Assembly: GCF_964188315.1 (NCBI RefSeq)
Contig: NC_135659.1
Span: 37,944,001-38,008,000 of the forward strand
Reading direction: 5' to 3'
Origin: Podarcis muralis
Taxonomy: Eukaryota
Length of the DNA stretch: 64,000 bases
Shown here: one piece after another, positions 24,069-37,089 of the stretch
Layout of the letters: every line of letters begins with the position of its first letter
Position numbering within the stretch: position 1 is the stretch's first letter
Notes under the pieces: model-generated
Databases searched by the model: none
Seen by the model: the letters and a program-made list of their open reading frames with translations, nothing else
What the model was told of the DNA's origin: nothing
Position numbers and translations under genes: made by a program

Positions 24069-25175
24069 GTGAATTCATTGAGTCAGCAGTGGAGAATCTT
24101 TGATTCTCCAGTTGAACTTTGATTGCCATCAGCCCCAGAAAGCTGCTCCTCACTCAGTGGAGCCAGCATTAGAGAGAAACTGTCCAAAGTCTCACAGGAC
24201 TCAGCAACATCTCATGAGGTCTTTCTCACTGTGATCCAACCTTCTTGGTGGGTGACAATATCCCAGTTAGGTGCTTCAGCTACTGGTTGCCTTTGCCTGA
24301 CACTAGTGGTCATCATGTATCTGGCCAGGTAGCAGTATACGCTTTGCCTTCTACTTGAAATGCAGTGGCTGATGCACATCAAAGCAAAAGAGAAAATAGC
24401 TCATCGGCTATCCATTCATACACATACATTTCCCGTATCTGAATTTTATGGGGTCCTTGAATGGATGGATGTGTAGTGGAACTATGTCTCATCTTCATCT
24501 CCTCATAGCTTTTTATGCAGCTTTTTATCCTCCTTATTATAGTATTTTTTTAAAAATAATCAATTTAGCTTTAGGTTTAGATTTCCAGGATCAAATATTT
24601 GACCTCACTGGGTTTCCATAAGGAGATTAGCTTCACTGCCACCTGCTGTAGTACTACTTTCTCATTTATTTGGAGATGTGTGAAAGTGTTTTGGAAGCAG
24701 CATGCTTGTTTGTTCAGTATTGATAAGGCATGTAGTAATGATTAAGAATCCCTGCAGACATATCACACCAATAAAATCTGGCATGCATACACTTCAGTCC
24801 AGTACAGATTTATTATCTCTAAAGCTCTTTGTAAAATGCAGTGCATAGCATGCCACTCAAGACATTTCCCCCCTTAAAAAAAGACACCCAAAGACTGACT
24901 GACCTTCAGAGAGATAAACATAGCCAACCTAGTCTTGAAATAATTATAATTTTTGCCATTTAATTGCATCGCTTTGGGGTGGGGAGTGGAAATGAGTGGC
25001 CTATTTTATAGCTCTAACTGGGCTATTTTATGTTTAAAGAATGATGAAAGGCCATTTATAATAATTACCTTAATTTAGCCTATTGACTCGATAAGGAAAT
25101 GTTAGCCATATTTCTGTGAGACTCTTGTTGCTATTAAAGGGCAAAGACACCACATGTACTAGATTTGCCTGGGAA

Positions 25176-25415
25176 ACCACAAGCAGGACTCTAGCACAAG
25201 AGCACTCTCTTCTCTTTTGGTTTCCAGTAACTGGTATCAAGAAGCATTGCTCCTCCAACTGTGGAGGTAGAGTTTAGCAATCATGGCCAGTAGCCTCTGA
25301 AAGCCCTCTCCTGCATGAATTTGTCTAATCCTCTTTTAATGCCATATAGGTTGGTGGCCATAACTGCTCCCTGTGGGAGTGAGTTCCTACATTAAAACTA
25401 TTTTCTTTTATCTGT
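25176..25415 (-). mobile_element. CR1-type LINE 3' fragment
   Basis: CATGAATTTGTCTAATCCTCTTTTAATGCCATATAGGTTGGTGGCCAT is typical antisense CR1 sequence. Confidence 0.85.
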
Positions 25416-25664
25416 CATAATAATGACTGCTTACCCCCATCCTTGAGGGGGAATGGAGGTAAATGTCCAGCATGGCTATGGTGAATTGAGATGGCCTCCC
25501 AGCTCAGGCATGGCCAGGGGAGGACATGATATCCTCCTTCACTGTGCACACTGGCTGCTGTGACTTGTCAGGAATCACACAAAACAAAGATATCCAAGGA
25601 AAATATTGTATCTTTGGCTATTGTGCCAAACACTTTTGTGGCCAAGAATCCACTTCACCTAATT

Positions 25665-25801
25665 CAGGCATAGGCAAACTCAGCCCTCCAGATGTTTTGG
25701 GACTTACAACTCCCATCATCCCTGACCACTGGTCCTGTTAGCTAAGGATCATGGGAGTTGTAGTTCCAAAACATCTGGAGGGCCGAGTTTGCCTATGTTT
25801 G
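25665..25801. mobile_element. hAT (Charlie/Buster-like) MITE, internally palindromic
   Basis: TIR CAGGCATAGGCAAACTC / GAGTTTGCCTATGTTTG and perfect TSD ACCTAATT (25657-25664, 25802-25809). Confidence 0.95.
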
Positions 25802-26619
25802 ACCTAATTCACTGTATCCCAGTCCATTAATAAATTCACTGGGTGGCCTGGAACAATTACTATCTTCAATCTGGGCAAGTTATCATGAGGATGAACAGAG
25901 AAAATCATCTGTCCTCTTTGGAAGAAGGAAGTGAGATGTAGCTAGATAGATGTGTGTGAACAAACAAAAATAGAAGACTTGTCCTCAGTGAAGTCAAATT
26001 TACTGTTCTTTTGGTTAGATATGTTTGAGTATCACTATGAAATTTAGTCACTAGATGTTACTGGACTTTGTGTGGCTGGTCTGTTCTTGGTTGAGAGAGT
26101 TATTGTCTAGCTTATTCACTTGTGTGAACTCTAAGCCATCCATGACAGTACAGACTTAGAAAACATTGTCATGGTCTTCAACATCTGGAGCTAAGCAGGT
26201 CTGGGCCTGATGAGTATTTGGAACATCACTTGAGAACCACTCATTAACTTGCTTTGTAAACTTGTTATGCCAGATATATTGTATGATACCATTGGCCTAT
26301 TAAAGGAAAGGCATGAAAGTTTTACACACAAACAAACAAACCATCCAAGTTCCTTGGAGGAAAGGTGAGATTAAAGTGTAACAAATAAATGTCCAAATAT
26401 GATTAACTATTTCTCGATGGCATTGGTAATAGGCTGTTTTAAAAGCCCATAGTTTATCTTTATATTCAAATGGACAGTTTGTACATTTATAAACTCCATA
26501 AGTGTTATTGATTAATCAAGCTTGAAAAATTCATAATAGCACAAATGAATATCCATTTTTCAGTGTTGATTCTGAGAAGATTCTCATATTCCATGCCCAG
26601 TGTTTTGTTTTGTTTTTTG

Positions 26620-26710
26620 CTCTTTTTTTGGTAGAAAAAGAGGTGCTGGAACTCACCATGAACACCTCCCTTGTTCTATTATAATGGCAATGGAGCCAAA
26701 CCTGAGAGGT
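26620..26710. mobile_element. Fragment of the hAT MITE family seen at 39751
   Basis: Shares TAGAAAAAGAGGTGCTGGAACTCACCATGAA. Confidence 0.6.
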
Positions 26711-26774
26711 ATATGTGTGTGTGGTCAAGGTTAATGGACGTTGAGTGGTTAATGTGTGTAATAACTGGCCATTG

Positions 26775-26870
26775 TACCCATTCACCATATTTGGAGACCT
26801 TATTTGGTGTACTGTGGCTAGTTCTGGTTGCTGCAGTTTAAGAAGGATATATACAAGTTACTCCAGGACA
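26775..26870 (+). mobile_element. Old CR1 ORF2 fragment
   Basis: TACTGTGGCTAGTTCTGG...CAGTTTAAGAAGGATAT resembles the CR1 YCVQFWAPQFKKD region, also seen antisense at ~55580-55630. Confidence 0.65.
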
Positions 26871-27137
26871 TTGACTCTTATAGAACATTACAGGTTGCCA
26901 GATTCCTGAATTTAGTTCTTTCATATAAAAGACTTCATGGAATGCTGCATGATTATTAAAAATCTAGTAAATTCTATCCACCATCTTTATATTCAAGGCC
27001 ACAATATGGTACATCTAGAGATTGTATGTAACGTGAAGGAGATTATGCGTTGAAATATTTTAGTTGATATTTTAGAATGTAAAATGCTATTTTATTTATT
27101 GATTGGTTTTACCTTGTGGGCTTATAGCCGAATAAAG

Positions 27138-27140
<3 letters not shown>

Positions 27141-27186
<46 letters not shown>
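27141..27186. repeat. (TATC)n microsatellite
   Basis: Direct reading. Confidence 0.98.
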
Positions 27187-28665
27187 CACCCTGTGAGAAA
27201 AGGTTGATGGAACTGAATATGCGTAGCCTGGTTTTCCAGGGTCCAAACAACATGTGGCACCTTCATAGATACAAAAGGTTGCTTGCTTCGGACAGACAGT
27301 TTTCACAAGTTGGAAAGTAGCTAAGGCAGCAAAGTGGCGGGGTGAGGTGGAGCTAGTTTCCTTTAGAAAAGCCACCTCTTGATGACACTCCACCTGAAAA
27401 GGTCTTATACTTTTAAAGTGACAGACAATGGAGTACTGCACCAAAGGGGCACTGCCCCACCAATCTCAATCTGTCTTCAGCCAGCCCCACAAATTTATCA
27501 TCAGTCAAGTGGTAGCCCTGCCTGTTATTGGCTATTGGCCTCCTTGCTTTCCACTCCACCAGCCTCAATGGGTATCAGCCACCAAAGGCAATAGGTGACT
27601 GCATTTCTAGATTCTCCTGGGATGCTTGGCAGCTCATTAAAAATACGTTCCATCTCTCTACTGAAAGTCTGGCAGACTTGGTATGACTGGGTATTTTCCA
27701 CAGGGACAATTCTTTAGTGTCTGTAGAATTTTGAATCCAACTTCAGGAAACTGCTGGATCTGCTGAAGTGGGTACTGAGACTTCTTGTAAATAGGCAGCT
27801 ATAAGATCCCTCCTGTCCTGTTTGGATCATCTTTCAAGTAGAGGCTGCTTCTTAGATATTCAGTGTTTATTTAAAATGTGATAGATGGCAGAGAACAGTA
27901 CAGTCTCTTATGAAGAACACACACTGCCACGTTATAAAACAAACAGTTATTAATCACTTTTATGGCCCTTTTGAGCTCTTAGTGCTTTACAGTAATTCTT
28001 TCGGATATCCTCGCAACATATGAGATTATGATTCCACTTTTCAAATGGGGACTTGCGGTTTAAAGATACTAATTTGATTAGGATCAGCCCGTGGGTTCCT
28101 AGGTGAGCTGGAATTTTAAGCAATGGTCAGGAAAGTTCAAACCTTACCACCAGCTTTGCACCAGCAATGCTGTAATAGTTTTTGCTCTGTAGCAGAAAAA
28201 ATAAACAACAACAACCAAACGAGAAGAGTAAGTGCTGCTGTCCATAGTGCAGTGGACAAATGCATGTTTGCACTGTAAAATTAAGCTTCTTTGTTATGCA
28301 AAAGTGAGAACGAAATATTCAATGTGCATTCCGAAGACACATCTGGACTCCTCAAGAGCTTCACGTACCCTGCTTTGAGCTCCATTGGTTTTAAAACTGC
28401 ATGATTTAACTCATACAAAGACTTTTCAAAGACTATGCTTTGCAAAAGAAGCTTCACTGGAAGCATCAATAGAACTAATGGGAGCATTAATGACACTAAC
28501 TTTTTAAAAAAATGGCTTTAAGAGGAAATAATATTGGGTGGTAATGAGCTAAGCCATCCTTGGAAAAGACCCATTGGAATCAGTGGACAATTTACTTAAG
28601 TTTGTTAATTTCTCCAGGTCTGCTCTGAGCATGGCCAGCTTAGATGGCTTTCACCCATTTATCTC

Positions 28666-28714
<49 letters not shown>

Positions 28715-28905
28715 TATGATTTGTACCCCAGCCACTCTGGGTGGCTTCCAACAAAGATTAAAAATACATTAAAATGTCACACATTAAAAATTTCCCTAAA
28801 CAGGGCTGCCTTCAGATGTCTTCTAAATGTCAGGTAGTTGTTTATCTCTTTGACATCTAATGGGAGGGCGTTCCACAGGGTGGGCACCACTACCAAGAAG
28901 GTCCT
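28666..28905 (-). mobile_element. L2 LINE 3' fragment with expanded (AAT)n tail (28666-28713)
   Basis: CCCTAAACAGGGCTGCCTTCAGATGTCTTCTAAA...GGGAGGGCGTTCCACAGGG, homologous to 49320-49440. Confidence 0.9.
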
Positions 28906-29237
28906 AAAGGGCTAAAATGGTTAGGACCACAACTTTATGTGATTGTGGGTTTTTTAAAATAACATTAATTTGTTATGGGTGCTTGCTTACTACTATCCTG
29001 ACTCATAGGTTGGATATTATAATTGACATTAAAGCCTCTCATGGGGTTGTTTTTTGGGGGGGTGGTAGGAGGGTTTTGGTGCCTATTTCCATACTACGTA
29101 AGTCCTTGGTCTATTTAATATTTGCATTTTACTGATGATATGTGAAGTATTATATATAATTTGTGCTTATGATGGTATAAATCTCTAAAATGTGTTACCC
29201 ACCAAACCAGACATCATCAGGACTTCAAAGATATGTC

Positions 29238-29412
29238 GGAAGTCTTATACCTCATCAAACTATTTGCCCATCTAACCCAATTCTGTCTTCTCTGATTGGC
29301 AGCAGCTACACAGGAAGAGGTCATTCTCAACACCTGCTCCCTGATCCTTTTTAATTTCAGATGCCAGGGATTGAAGTGGAATCAGATGTTGCACACTGAA
29401 TCATGGTCCCTA
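29238..29412 (-). mobile_element. Old SINE with CR1-type tail
   Basis: GCCCATCTAACCCAATTCTGTC...AGATGCCAGGGATTGAA, same pattern as 37289-37477. Confidence 0.55.
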
Positions 29413-29474
29413 CCAACTTTCTGTTTCAGCTCTGTAACCAGGATTCAAAAACAGGGCGCATACATTGTCTAGCA

Positions 29475-29768
29475 CAAGAATGGAAAACAATTTTAGGCCT
29501 AAGGGCCACATTCCCCTCTGGGCAACATTTAAAATCCACTGATGGGCATGGCCAGAAGTATAAGTGGGTGGAGCAATGAATACAAATTATACCTCTGTGC
29601 TGTTTATACATGCCCTCACAAACCCATCTTTATCATCCATCCTGACAAGCAAAAGGCATTTGAATGACATGACAGGGAAGGGTGTGTGGCCTCCAGAATA
29701 TCCTGAGGGCCATATGAAAAGGCTTAGAGGACCACATTTGGCCCCCAGGTCTGAGTTTTCACACCTTG
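29475..29768. mobile_element. Old hAT MITE
   Basis: Degenerate TIRs CAAGAATGGAAAAC / GTTTTCACACCTTG. Direct repeat TTGTCTAGCAC on both flanks, so exact ends are ambiguous. Confidence 0.65.
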
Positions 29769-32768
29769 TCTAGCACTTGGTCAAAAGAACTGTTTCCATA
29801 TCAGTGACGCTGATGCTGCGTCCATTTTCTTCCACCATGTGTGATGGTAGGTTCCAGGGGCAGGCCTACCTAGACCCATCTTCACTTGCTTTTTGGCCTG
29901 CTGTGAAGATAGTTTTACTTGATCAGGCCAGAAGCCCCTCTCCCTGCTGTACCTGTCTGATCTGTATATGCTACTTTCATATTAGTCTTTATTGTTGATA
30001 TTCAGTTGTGCAAGCCATCCTGATAATATTATACAGCAGGTATTTAAAAAACTATAAATAAAAATGAGATAAAAAGTGCAGGACTGGTCAAAGCGATAAA
30101 TATGTATTGTTTGTTCCAAGCATAACATATAATCTGGAACAACCATGCCTTGCCATTGTGAAAAGCTGTTGGTTGGATGGATGTAGAAATCCATGGTGCT
30201 TGCTCTTTCATCTGCAAATTGAATCCTCATTTGTGCCAAATACCACCTTTTAATTTATCGCTTTGGGCAGATGCCAGGAAACAAGAATATCTTAGATGCC
30301 TGACACAATGCCTAGCTGCTGCATTATTAAGATTTAGTAGACCTCAACACTCTCTTTTCATTATTCAGTTCCAAAAAAAGCGTTCATCTACCTCATCTCA
30401 AGCTTCTGACTCAACCCAAGGGATTATACTCAGGTAATGCAACAATGAATTGGCTGTGTGACTGGCAGGTTGATGACAAGTTTCCTTAATATAATCAATA
30501 TTTCACACATGCAAATGCAAACACACACAGAGAGAGAAACATGTAGACAAGAACATCAAGTGCTTTGCTGAAAACAGATTCCGAGTACCCAGCTTTCATT
30601 AGGGGAACTCGATTCCATATAGTCATAGCCCTTATAGGGAATGAGTGGTACCCCATCATAACTGTGTGCTGATGGCAGTGGAACAGGGAGGGAGGCAATT
30701 TTCAGCAATCCTCCTTCTCCTCTGCAGCACCCTAACCCAAAAGCTGTCTCAACGAGTCCCCCAATCCTTTGAAGCATAGTCCAACCACCTGCTTAATGCA
30801 GGAAATCTAAAAGCTGGTTCTAGTGCATGATTTTCTTCGCTTCCTTTATTTTCCATAATTTTGATATGTGTACAAATGATCTCAGATCCTAATTTATCAA
30901 TTCTGTATTTTTGTTAATATATCTCTGTCTAGGTATCATTCAAAGAGTCATTGCTGAGTGTGTGCTTGCAATTCTCTAGCTTCCCTACCAGCTATTTTCA
31001 GTTAGTGCAGCCAGCCTGGCTATCACACATTTTTTGAAATTATTTTTAAATAATACGTTTATTTAGCTGAAATGCTTATATATGTTTTAGGGGTGTGCTC
31101 TCTGATTATTCAACTGAAGAAGACTTCTATAGATATGTTTTGGGCCCTGTCTGAAGTGAAGTGTGTCTTCTCCAAAGCAGTCTAAAGCAAAGTGGGCTCA
31201 TCGCAAAGCTTCGGATGTGCTTCAGAGCTTCATAGGGTAGCAAGGCAGCTGTCATCTTCAGGGGAGAGCAGGAGAAGGGAGGCACGCTGAAGATGAGCTC
31301 CTCCTTCCAAGCCTTCCTCCCATGTCTTACAGGAGTCTTCTTCTCTGTAAACTGCAGAAAATGGAAATTGACTGGAAATGGAAATTGCAGAAATCCTTGA
31401 CTGAAAATGCTGGACTACACTTACATAATGCACTGGGAGGAAGATGCAAAGAAAGAAAGATGGGCAATGCCAGCTTTATTCTGTCTAACATACAATTTAC
31501 CGATGACACAAATTATGTTGAATAGTAGTAGCAGTGTGCACTAGAGTTTAGAGCAGAAGCAGCCTATTTTGGAAATTTCAGAAGTTAGTGACTGGCGCAC
31601 TCCATAACACGCAAAAGGAGAACATCTCTCCTTCCATTATGAAAGGGCCAAAAGAAAATGGTTGTCCACACTGCAGCTAAAGCCTCTTTTATTATTAAGA
31701 CCACTGGCGAGCAGATTTTGTTGACAGTGAATTTTAAGGTTGTTTTCAATGAATCTAAAAAATCTGTCTTGCTATGTAATAACATTGCATGGATGTTAGC
31801 GAATTGCAGTTTGTGAGCTGTGACTTGACAGAGCAGCAAGTAGGGGGCCTTGACCGGCAGTGCGGGGGCAGCTCAGGTGAGCAGTACATGTGGCAGGTGG
31901 CCTAGGTGAACCGCAGAGGACCAGTAAGGACAGGGCATGTTAGAGTAGCTCCCCAGCAACAGTCCTGTTCTGCTGCTGCTGTGTACCTCACATTGACAAT
32001 ACTGTTTTGACCTCAGCAGCATCCGAAGCCAAGGAGAAAGGAAGCAACAGCAGAACAGGATGGTTGTTGCAGAGCTGTCTTGCAAAGAAACTCATCCTGT
32101 TCCTCCACAGCTTGCCTGGGCTGTGGTTTGGCCGAGTTGTAAGTGGAATGAGTTTGGCCAAGCATCGTTCCTAGAATATAACACAACACAAAATGTTTTT
32201 TAGAGTCTGAACTAAACATAATCATTTTGACAAGGTATGGTCCCCCAGCTATGTAAATAGAAGTGTTGTTAATGTTAGACTTTCAGCCGCTCATCCTTAC
32301 GTATGGAGAGGCTATGTCATGGACAGTTGAAGGCTTGGCAATGCATTCAATGATTCATATATTTGACAGAGTTCCTGTTCTATTTCCCTTCTTCTATGTG
32401 ACTGATGGAACACTCTACAGTTTTTGTTGGAATTGATCAATGTTATATTACTACAAAATTAATAGTATGTATACTACAGAAAAAAGAACTTTGTGAAATC
32501 TTAAACCATTATTTCAAAAGTGCAAAAACTCTTTCACCTCCAGCAAAACTAGGTATCAGAAAGTCTTGCCTTGGGCTAATTCCTAATATTATAGAGAAGA
32601 TAGGTGGATACATTTCTATGAAGCATTTCCAGGATAAAATGCTCGTTTTGGCTCATCCATTTACACATTTTTTCTTGTTTATAATGCACATGGCTAAGCA
32701 CACAGGAAATTCTAGTCTTAATATTTAGTAGTATTTTTTTTAAAAAAAACAACAACTGGTAATAGGCA

Positions 32769-32912
32769 TACAGAGCAATCCTAAGCAGTTTTATTCAGAG
32801 GTGAGATGCACAGAGAAACCCTGCCAGATGAGTGGGGTATAAGTTTAAAAAATAAAAATAAAAATGGTGGTGGTGATGATGTGAGATTTAGACCTAAACA
32901 AGTGTGTTTAGG
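32769..32912. mobile_element. Ancient palindromic MITE with a 73-bp L2-tail insert (32808-32880)
   Basis: GCAATCCTAAGCA / TGTTTAGGATTGC ends. The insert is flanked by the 7-bp direct repeat GTGAGAT. Confidence 0.7.
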
Positions 32913-33350
32913 ATTGCACCCTTAGCTTCAGTAATAACAAAAGTTCTCTCTTCCTACAATCCTGGAAATTAGGCCAAACATAAACAAATACCAGCAATAT
33001 GAACACTGTATCCTGCACACTCCCTTGATTCGATCATTAGCTGTACTCCATAGTAAGCTAATAATTTAAAAAGACACTGGAGATAGGGCTCTGGTTTTCG
33101 GCTATTATATTCAGATTCAATATTTTATGTTTACTAACATTGTACTTAGCTGCTATAGAATATGACTGTATTGGTTTAAGAGATAGTTATAGTGATTTTC
33201 ACAGAAACTGCTTGGATTTCTTTTCCTCATAATTGAACCACCTATCAGATCAGCCTAATGATAGAAAGAGTTATCTAATAGGATGTAAGGCTGTACAATT
33301 TTGGCATCTGGCACAAAAAAGTGTTCCTCTGCATGGGAAAGCCTTCTATA

Positions 33351-33592
33351 CAGTGGTACCTTGGGTTACATACACTTCAGGTTACATACTCTTCAGGTTA
33401 CACACTCCGCTAACCCAGAAATAGTGCTTCAGGTTAAGAACTTTGCTTCAGGATAAAAACAGAAATCGGGCTCCGGCGGCGCGGCGGCAGCAGGAGGCCC
33501 CATTAGCTAAAGTGGTGCTTCAGGTTATGAACAGTTTCAGGTTAAGAATGGACTTCTGGAACTAATTAAGTACTTAACCTGAGGTACCACTG
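33351..33592. mobile_element. Tc1/mariner (Tigger-like) MITE
   Basis: TIRs CAGTGGTACCTTGGGTTA / TAACCTGAGGTACCACTG, TA TSD on both sides. Paralog of 7359-7584. Confidence 0.95.
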
Positions 33593-33683
33593 TATTTGGT
33601 ACTGAACAAACAAATGGGCACTATCATCTCTGAAAATGCTGATCATCTGTAGGGAATTAAGGGACTGAATCCATGCAAGTGCA

Positions 33684-33687
<4 letters not shown>

Positions 33688-33717
<30 letters not shown>
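33688..33717. repeat. (CA)n microsatellite
   Basis: Direct reading. Confidence 0.97.
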
Positions 33718-33720
<3 letters not shown>

Positions 33721-33874
33721 CAAACACACACAAACAGAAGGTAACTCATGCTTTCGAAGCTACCTCCCTGACTTTCCTGTTTGCTGGAAGTGAAGCAGCA
33801 AGTGTCTCCTGTATTAGGATTTCTGGGACAGGTCCCTCCATGTTCCAGTTTACTCAACTACACACAACTGGCAA

Positions 33875-33918
<44 letters not shown>
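33875..33918. repeat. (AAT)n microsatellite
   Basis: Direct reading. Confidence 0.97.
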
Positions 33919-33919
<1 letters not shown>

Positions 33920-34289
33920 CACCTGGTCATTAGAAATTAGAGTGGCAAATTAATGGCCTCTCAGAATTTGCCACCCTATTTGAAAGCAGAGAAATAGGAA
34001 TGGCGGGATTTCACAAAATTCCTTCAGAGGGAGGAGAAATTCTCTCACGGTTTCTTAGAATTGGGGTTCACCATTGGCACTGGTGGTAGTACAGTTTATT
34101 ACTCATTCACTCCCCCCCCCACCTCGATACACACTGTGTGCTAGCCTGTAACTGACAGCAACAACTCTCTTGATAACCATTTTGTATCCTCTGCAATGCC
34201 AGACTAGCATTGTTCCAGGACATTGTATGTGTGTGTGGTGGGGGTGTAATGGAGTCCCCCAGCAAAACTGAGCTATTTTGCAGTTGAGC

Positions 34290-34425
34290 TCTACCAGGCA
34301 GAGTGCTGTTGTGCTCTGGTCCTGTTTACAGGCATCCCACTGACATCTGGTTGGCCACTGTGATAACAAGGTGCTAAGCTAGATTGGCCTTTGGTCTGAT
34401 CCAGCAGGGCTCCTTTTATGTTCTT
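34290..34425 (+). mobile_element. CR1-type 3' end
   Basis: CATCTGGTTGGCCACTGTG...TGGCCTTTGGTCTGATCCAGCAGGGCTCC..TATGTTCTTA. An older tandem copy lies at ~34640-34765. Confidence 0.8.
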
Positions 34426-35889
34426 AAATCGTTAGTAAGTGGAATACATTTTTTTTCCCCTTGCTCAGATGGTCCATGTCAAGCTGGGTAATCAACAACA
34501 TCTCTAAAGCAATGCCGATTATGAGTATGCTGTCTGCCTAAAGAATTGAAGCTTGTGGCAGTTTCATGGGACACAGATCTATTCAACAGCTATTCAGATT
34601 CTCTGAGGGAAAGGCAGTGCTCTTCTGAGTACAGGTGATAGAAGGCAAACAGAGAAGGCTGCCTTCTACACAGCCAGGCTGTACATAGGTGGTCACAGAT
34701 AGAAACAGGATAGTGGACTAAATGCATCTTTGCTCAGATACAGTGCTGCTTTTATCATGTTCTTAACCCCCAGACGGCTGCAAATAAATAATACTCACCG
34801 ACTATCAAAAGCAGATATAAATTTATAGTGTTCCTCCCCCCTTTCATGTGCACTAAAATGGTTTAGCTGATAGTTATGTCTATAACAGAAGAGAGTAAAA
34901 TATTATACAAGCGCTTAAGCTTGGGTGGCTTGGGGGCTCTTGCAAGAAGAAAAATGCTTTTGAAACTCAAAGCAGCAGATGCTAAAGCGGATCTGTGGCA
35001 TGCCTGTGACTCTGGAAGAGAAACATTTTTTGCCTCTTTGAAGCTCCCATTTGTCCTTTGACTTTTCTGTGGTGTGTTTTTAAAAAAATCTATTTGTAAC
35101 TGTTTGAATAACCAGCTGCTGAGACCAGATTCCATTCTGATTGGAAATATTTTTGAAGCAGGTATCTTAGGAGGCAACACCTACCAGCCTCTTCATGAAA
35201 TCTCACTAACTTTTTAATTCGTGTGTCTGTTCCTCCCCATTAATAAATAACAAAGACTAAAAGAAAACGGTCATTTGTTAGACACTTTGCTATTAACCAG
35301 CACATAACAGAAGTGGATGATTGTGTGCAGGACTTCTGGACACTTTGATCCCTTCTGTGATATCCATTTACTCCAAGAAAGAAAGATGACCGTACTTGTA
35401 AAAGTCAAATCCCATATTTACTGTCCAACTGGCTTCTAATTGGTTTCGCTTGTAACATTACTCCACACATTTGAAATGTGTGGATAGTGTCATGTTACTA
35501 GGTGGCCCTGGATTTAGTTGTGAAATCAGGAGTTTCTGGTTGCTATATTGTTCTTGTTTGAAAGTAACAGTTAAGTTGTTGTCCAACTTCCTGACTGGTG
35601 TGCACTCAAAGCTTTCCATGACAAAACCTATTTCATAGCAGAAGTTTCTTATTCTTGTTTGAAATGTCAGTGGGAAGCTAATACTTAGGACTGGCTCATA
35701 GAAATCTGACTTCTTAAATGATCTGCAGCCATATAAAAGCAACTCCTTAGCATGAGTGGCATATATATCATGAGAAGGAAGCTGGAAATTTCCATCTATC
35801 TCCTCCAGTGGATGAAACCACCCTGGCTGAAAGCTGAGCACCCATTGTTGACTGATTTGAGCATTTTCTCACCAACTAACGACAAAAAG

Positions 35890-36015
35890 TGTTATTTAAC
35901 CTCAGGCTCCCAGAGATTGTTGGGCAGAGACTCCCATCACCTTTGATTGTTCACTAAGATTGCTGGGGATTATGAGAGCTGGATCCCAACATCTGAAGAT
36001 CCAAGGTTGAAGAAT
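35890..36015. mobile_element. Degenerate hAT MITE
   Basis: CCCAGAGATTGTTGGG..ACTCCCATCA...CCCAACATCTGAAG, same layout as the 25665 family. Confidence 0.55.
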
Positions 36016-36499
36016 ATAATGTGAGTTGAGACAGGCTCCCACTGCCTGGCATTCAGACTTCATGGCCCCAAGAGCATTGTGAGGAAGGTTGACTAAATTT
36101 GGGTTGCTGGGCTGTTGTACTGGCCTGAAGTGGCCATTCCTGAGGCAACACTACCCTTAAAGGGCACCACACTACTCCCTCTGATTGGTCACAGAATATA
36201 TAGACAGCTAAGCATTTTCATGTTGCTTGGATATCTTTTCAATGCCCAAGAAATCCTGCAGACTGTTGCGGATAATATTAATCATTTTCAAAATAAAATG
36301 AGAGAAGGGAAAGAAAAATAATTTGTAAGGAAATTTCATTGATGTCTTCTATTCTGTAGCATAGTTAGTTTTACTGCTGAAGTTTATGAAAGATATGAAC
36401 TTATATAAGGAAGAACCAGGGGGGAAATGATAGAGCAATTAACATCAGTTGCTTCAGCTTAAGGGACTAACTCCTACATTTGCCTTTCATCCAGAGGTA

Positions 36500-37059
36500 C
36501 CGTATTTTTCACACCATAGGGCGCACCGGACCATAGGGCGCACCCAGTTTTTTGGGGGGGAAATAAAGGGAAAAAAATTATTTCCCCCCCAGGCGCAGGG
36601 CTGGGGCGGGGGAAGCTCGAGCTTCCCCCGACCCCAGCCCCCAAACAGGCAGCTCTCTGCAAGCCGTGGGAGCGCTCCCGCTGCTTGCAGAGAGGTCCGC
36701 GAAGCCTGGACGCGCTGATCTCAGCGCACGCAGGCTTCGGCATGCCGGCAACTCTCCGCAAGCAGCGGGAGCGCTCCCGCTGCTTGGGGAGAGGTCCACG
36801 AAGCCTGGACGCGCTGAGCTGAGCACGCACAGGCTTCAGCATGCAGGCAAGTCTCCGCAAGCAGCGGGAGCCCAGCGCTGGGCTCCTGCTGCTTGCGGAG
36901 AGGTGTGCGAAGCCTGGAGAGCGTGAGGGGTCAGTGCGCACTGACCCCTCTCACTCTCCAGGCTTCAGCGAAAGCCTGCATTCGCACCATAGGACGCACA
37001 CACATTTCCCCTTCATTTTTGGAGGGGGAAAAGTGCGTCCTATGGTGTGAAAAATACGG
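36500..37059. mobile_element. Tc1/mariner (Tc2/Kanga-like) MITE with an internal palindrome array
   Basis: 27-bp TIRs CCGTATTTTTCACACCATAGGGCGCAC / GTGCGTCCTATGGTGTGAAAAATACGG (1 mismatch), TA TSD at 36498-36499 and 37060-37061. Confidence 0.96.
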
Positions 37060-37089
37060 TAATTTGTGGTAGATAAGACAATACTAAGT

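Noticed and set aside
30370-30440. Possible + strand exon (TTATTCAG|...CTCAG|GTAATG); similar candidates at 32010-32135 (+), 28367-28455 (-), 31200-31350 (-) and 47430-47555 (-)
   Set aside because: Splice-like motifs arise often by chance in 64 kb. The peptides are unrecognised and the candidates do not chain into a consistent gene.
36650-36960. CRISPR-like repeat/spacer appearance
   Set aside because: Eukaryotic DNA with no cas genes. Units are tandem homologs without unique spacers and lie inside a TIR/TA-bounded MITE.
36474-37050. ORFs of 82-155 aa on both strands
   Set aside because: By-products of a GC-rich repetitive MITE interior that is poor in stop codons.
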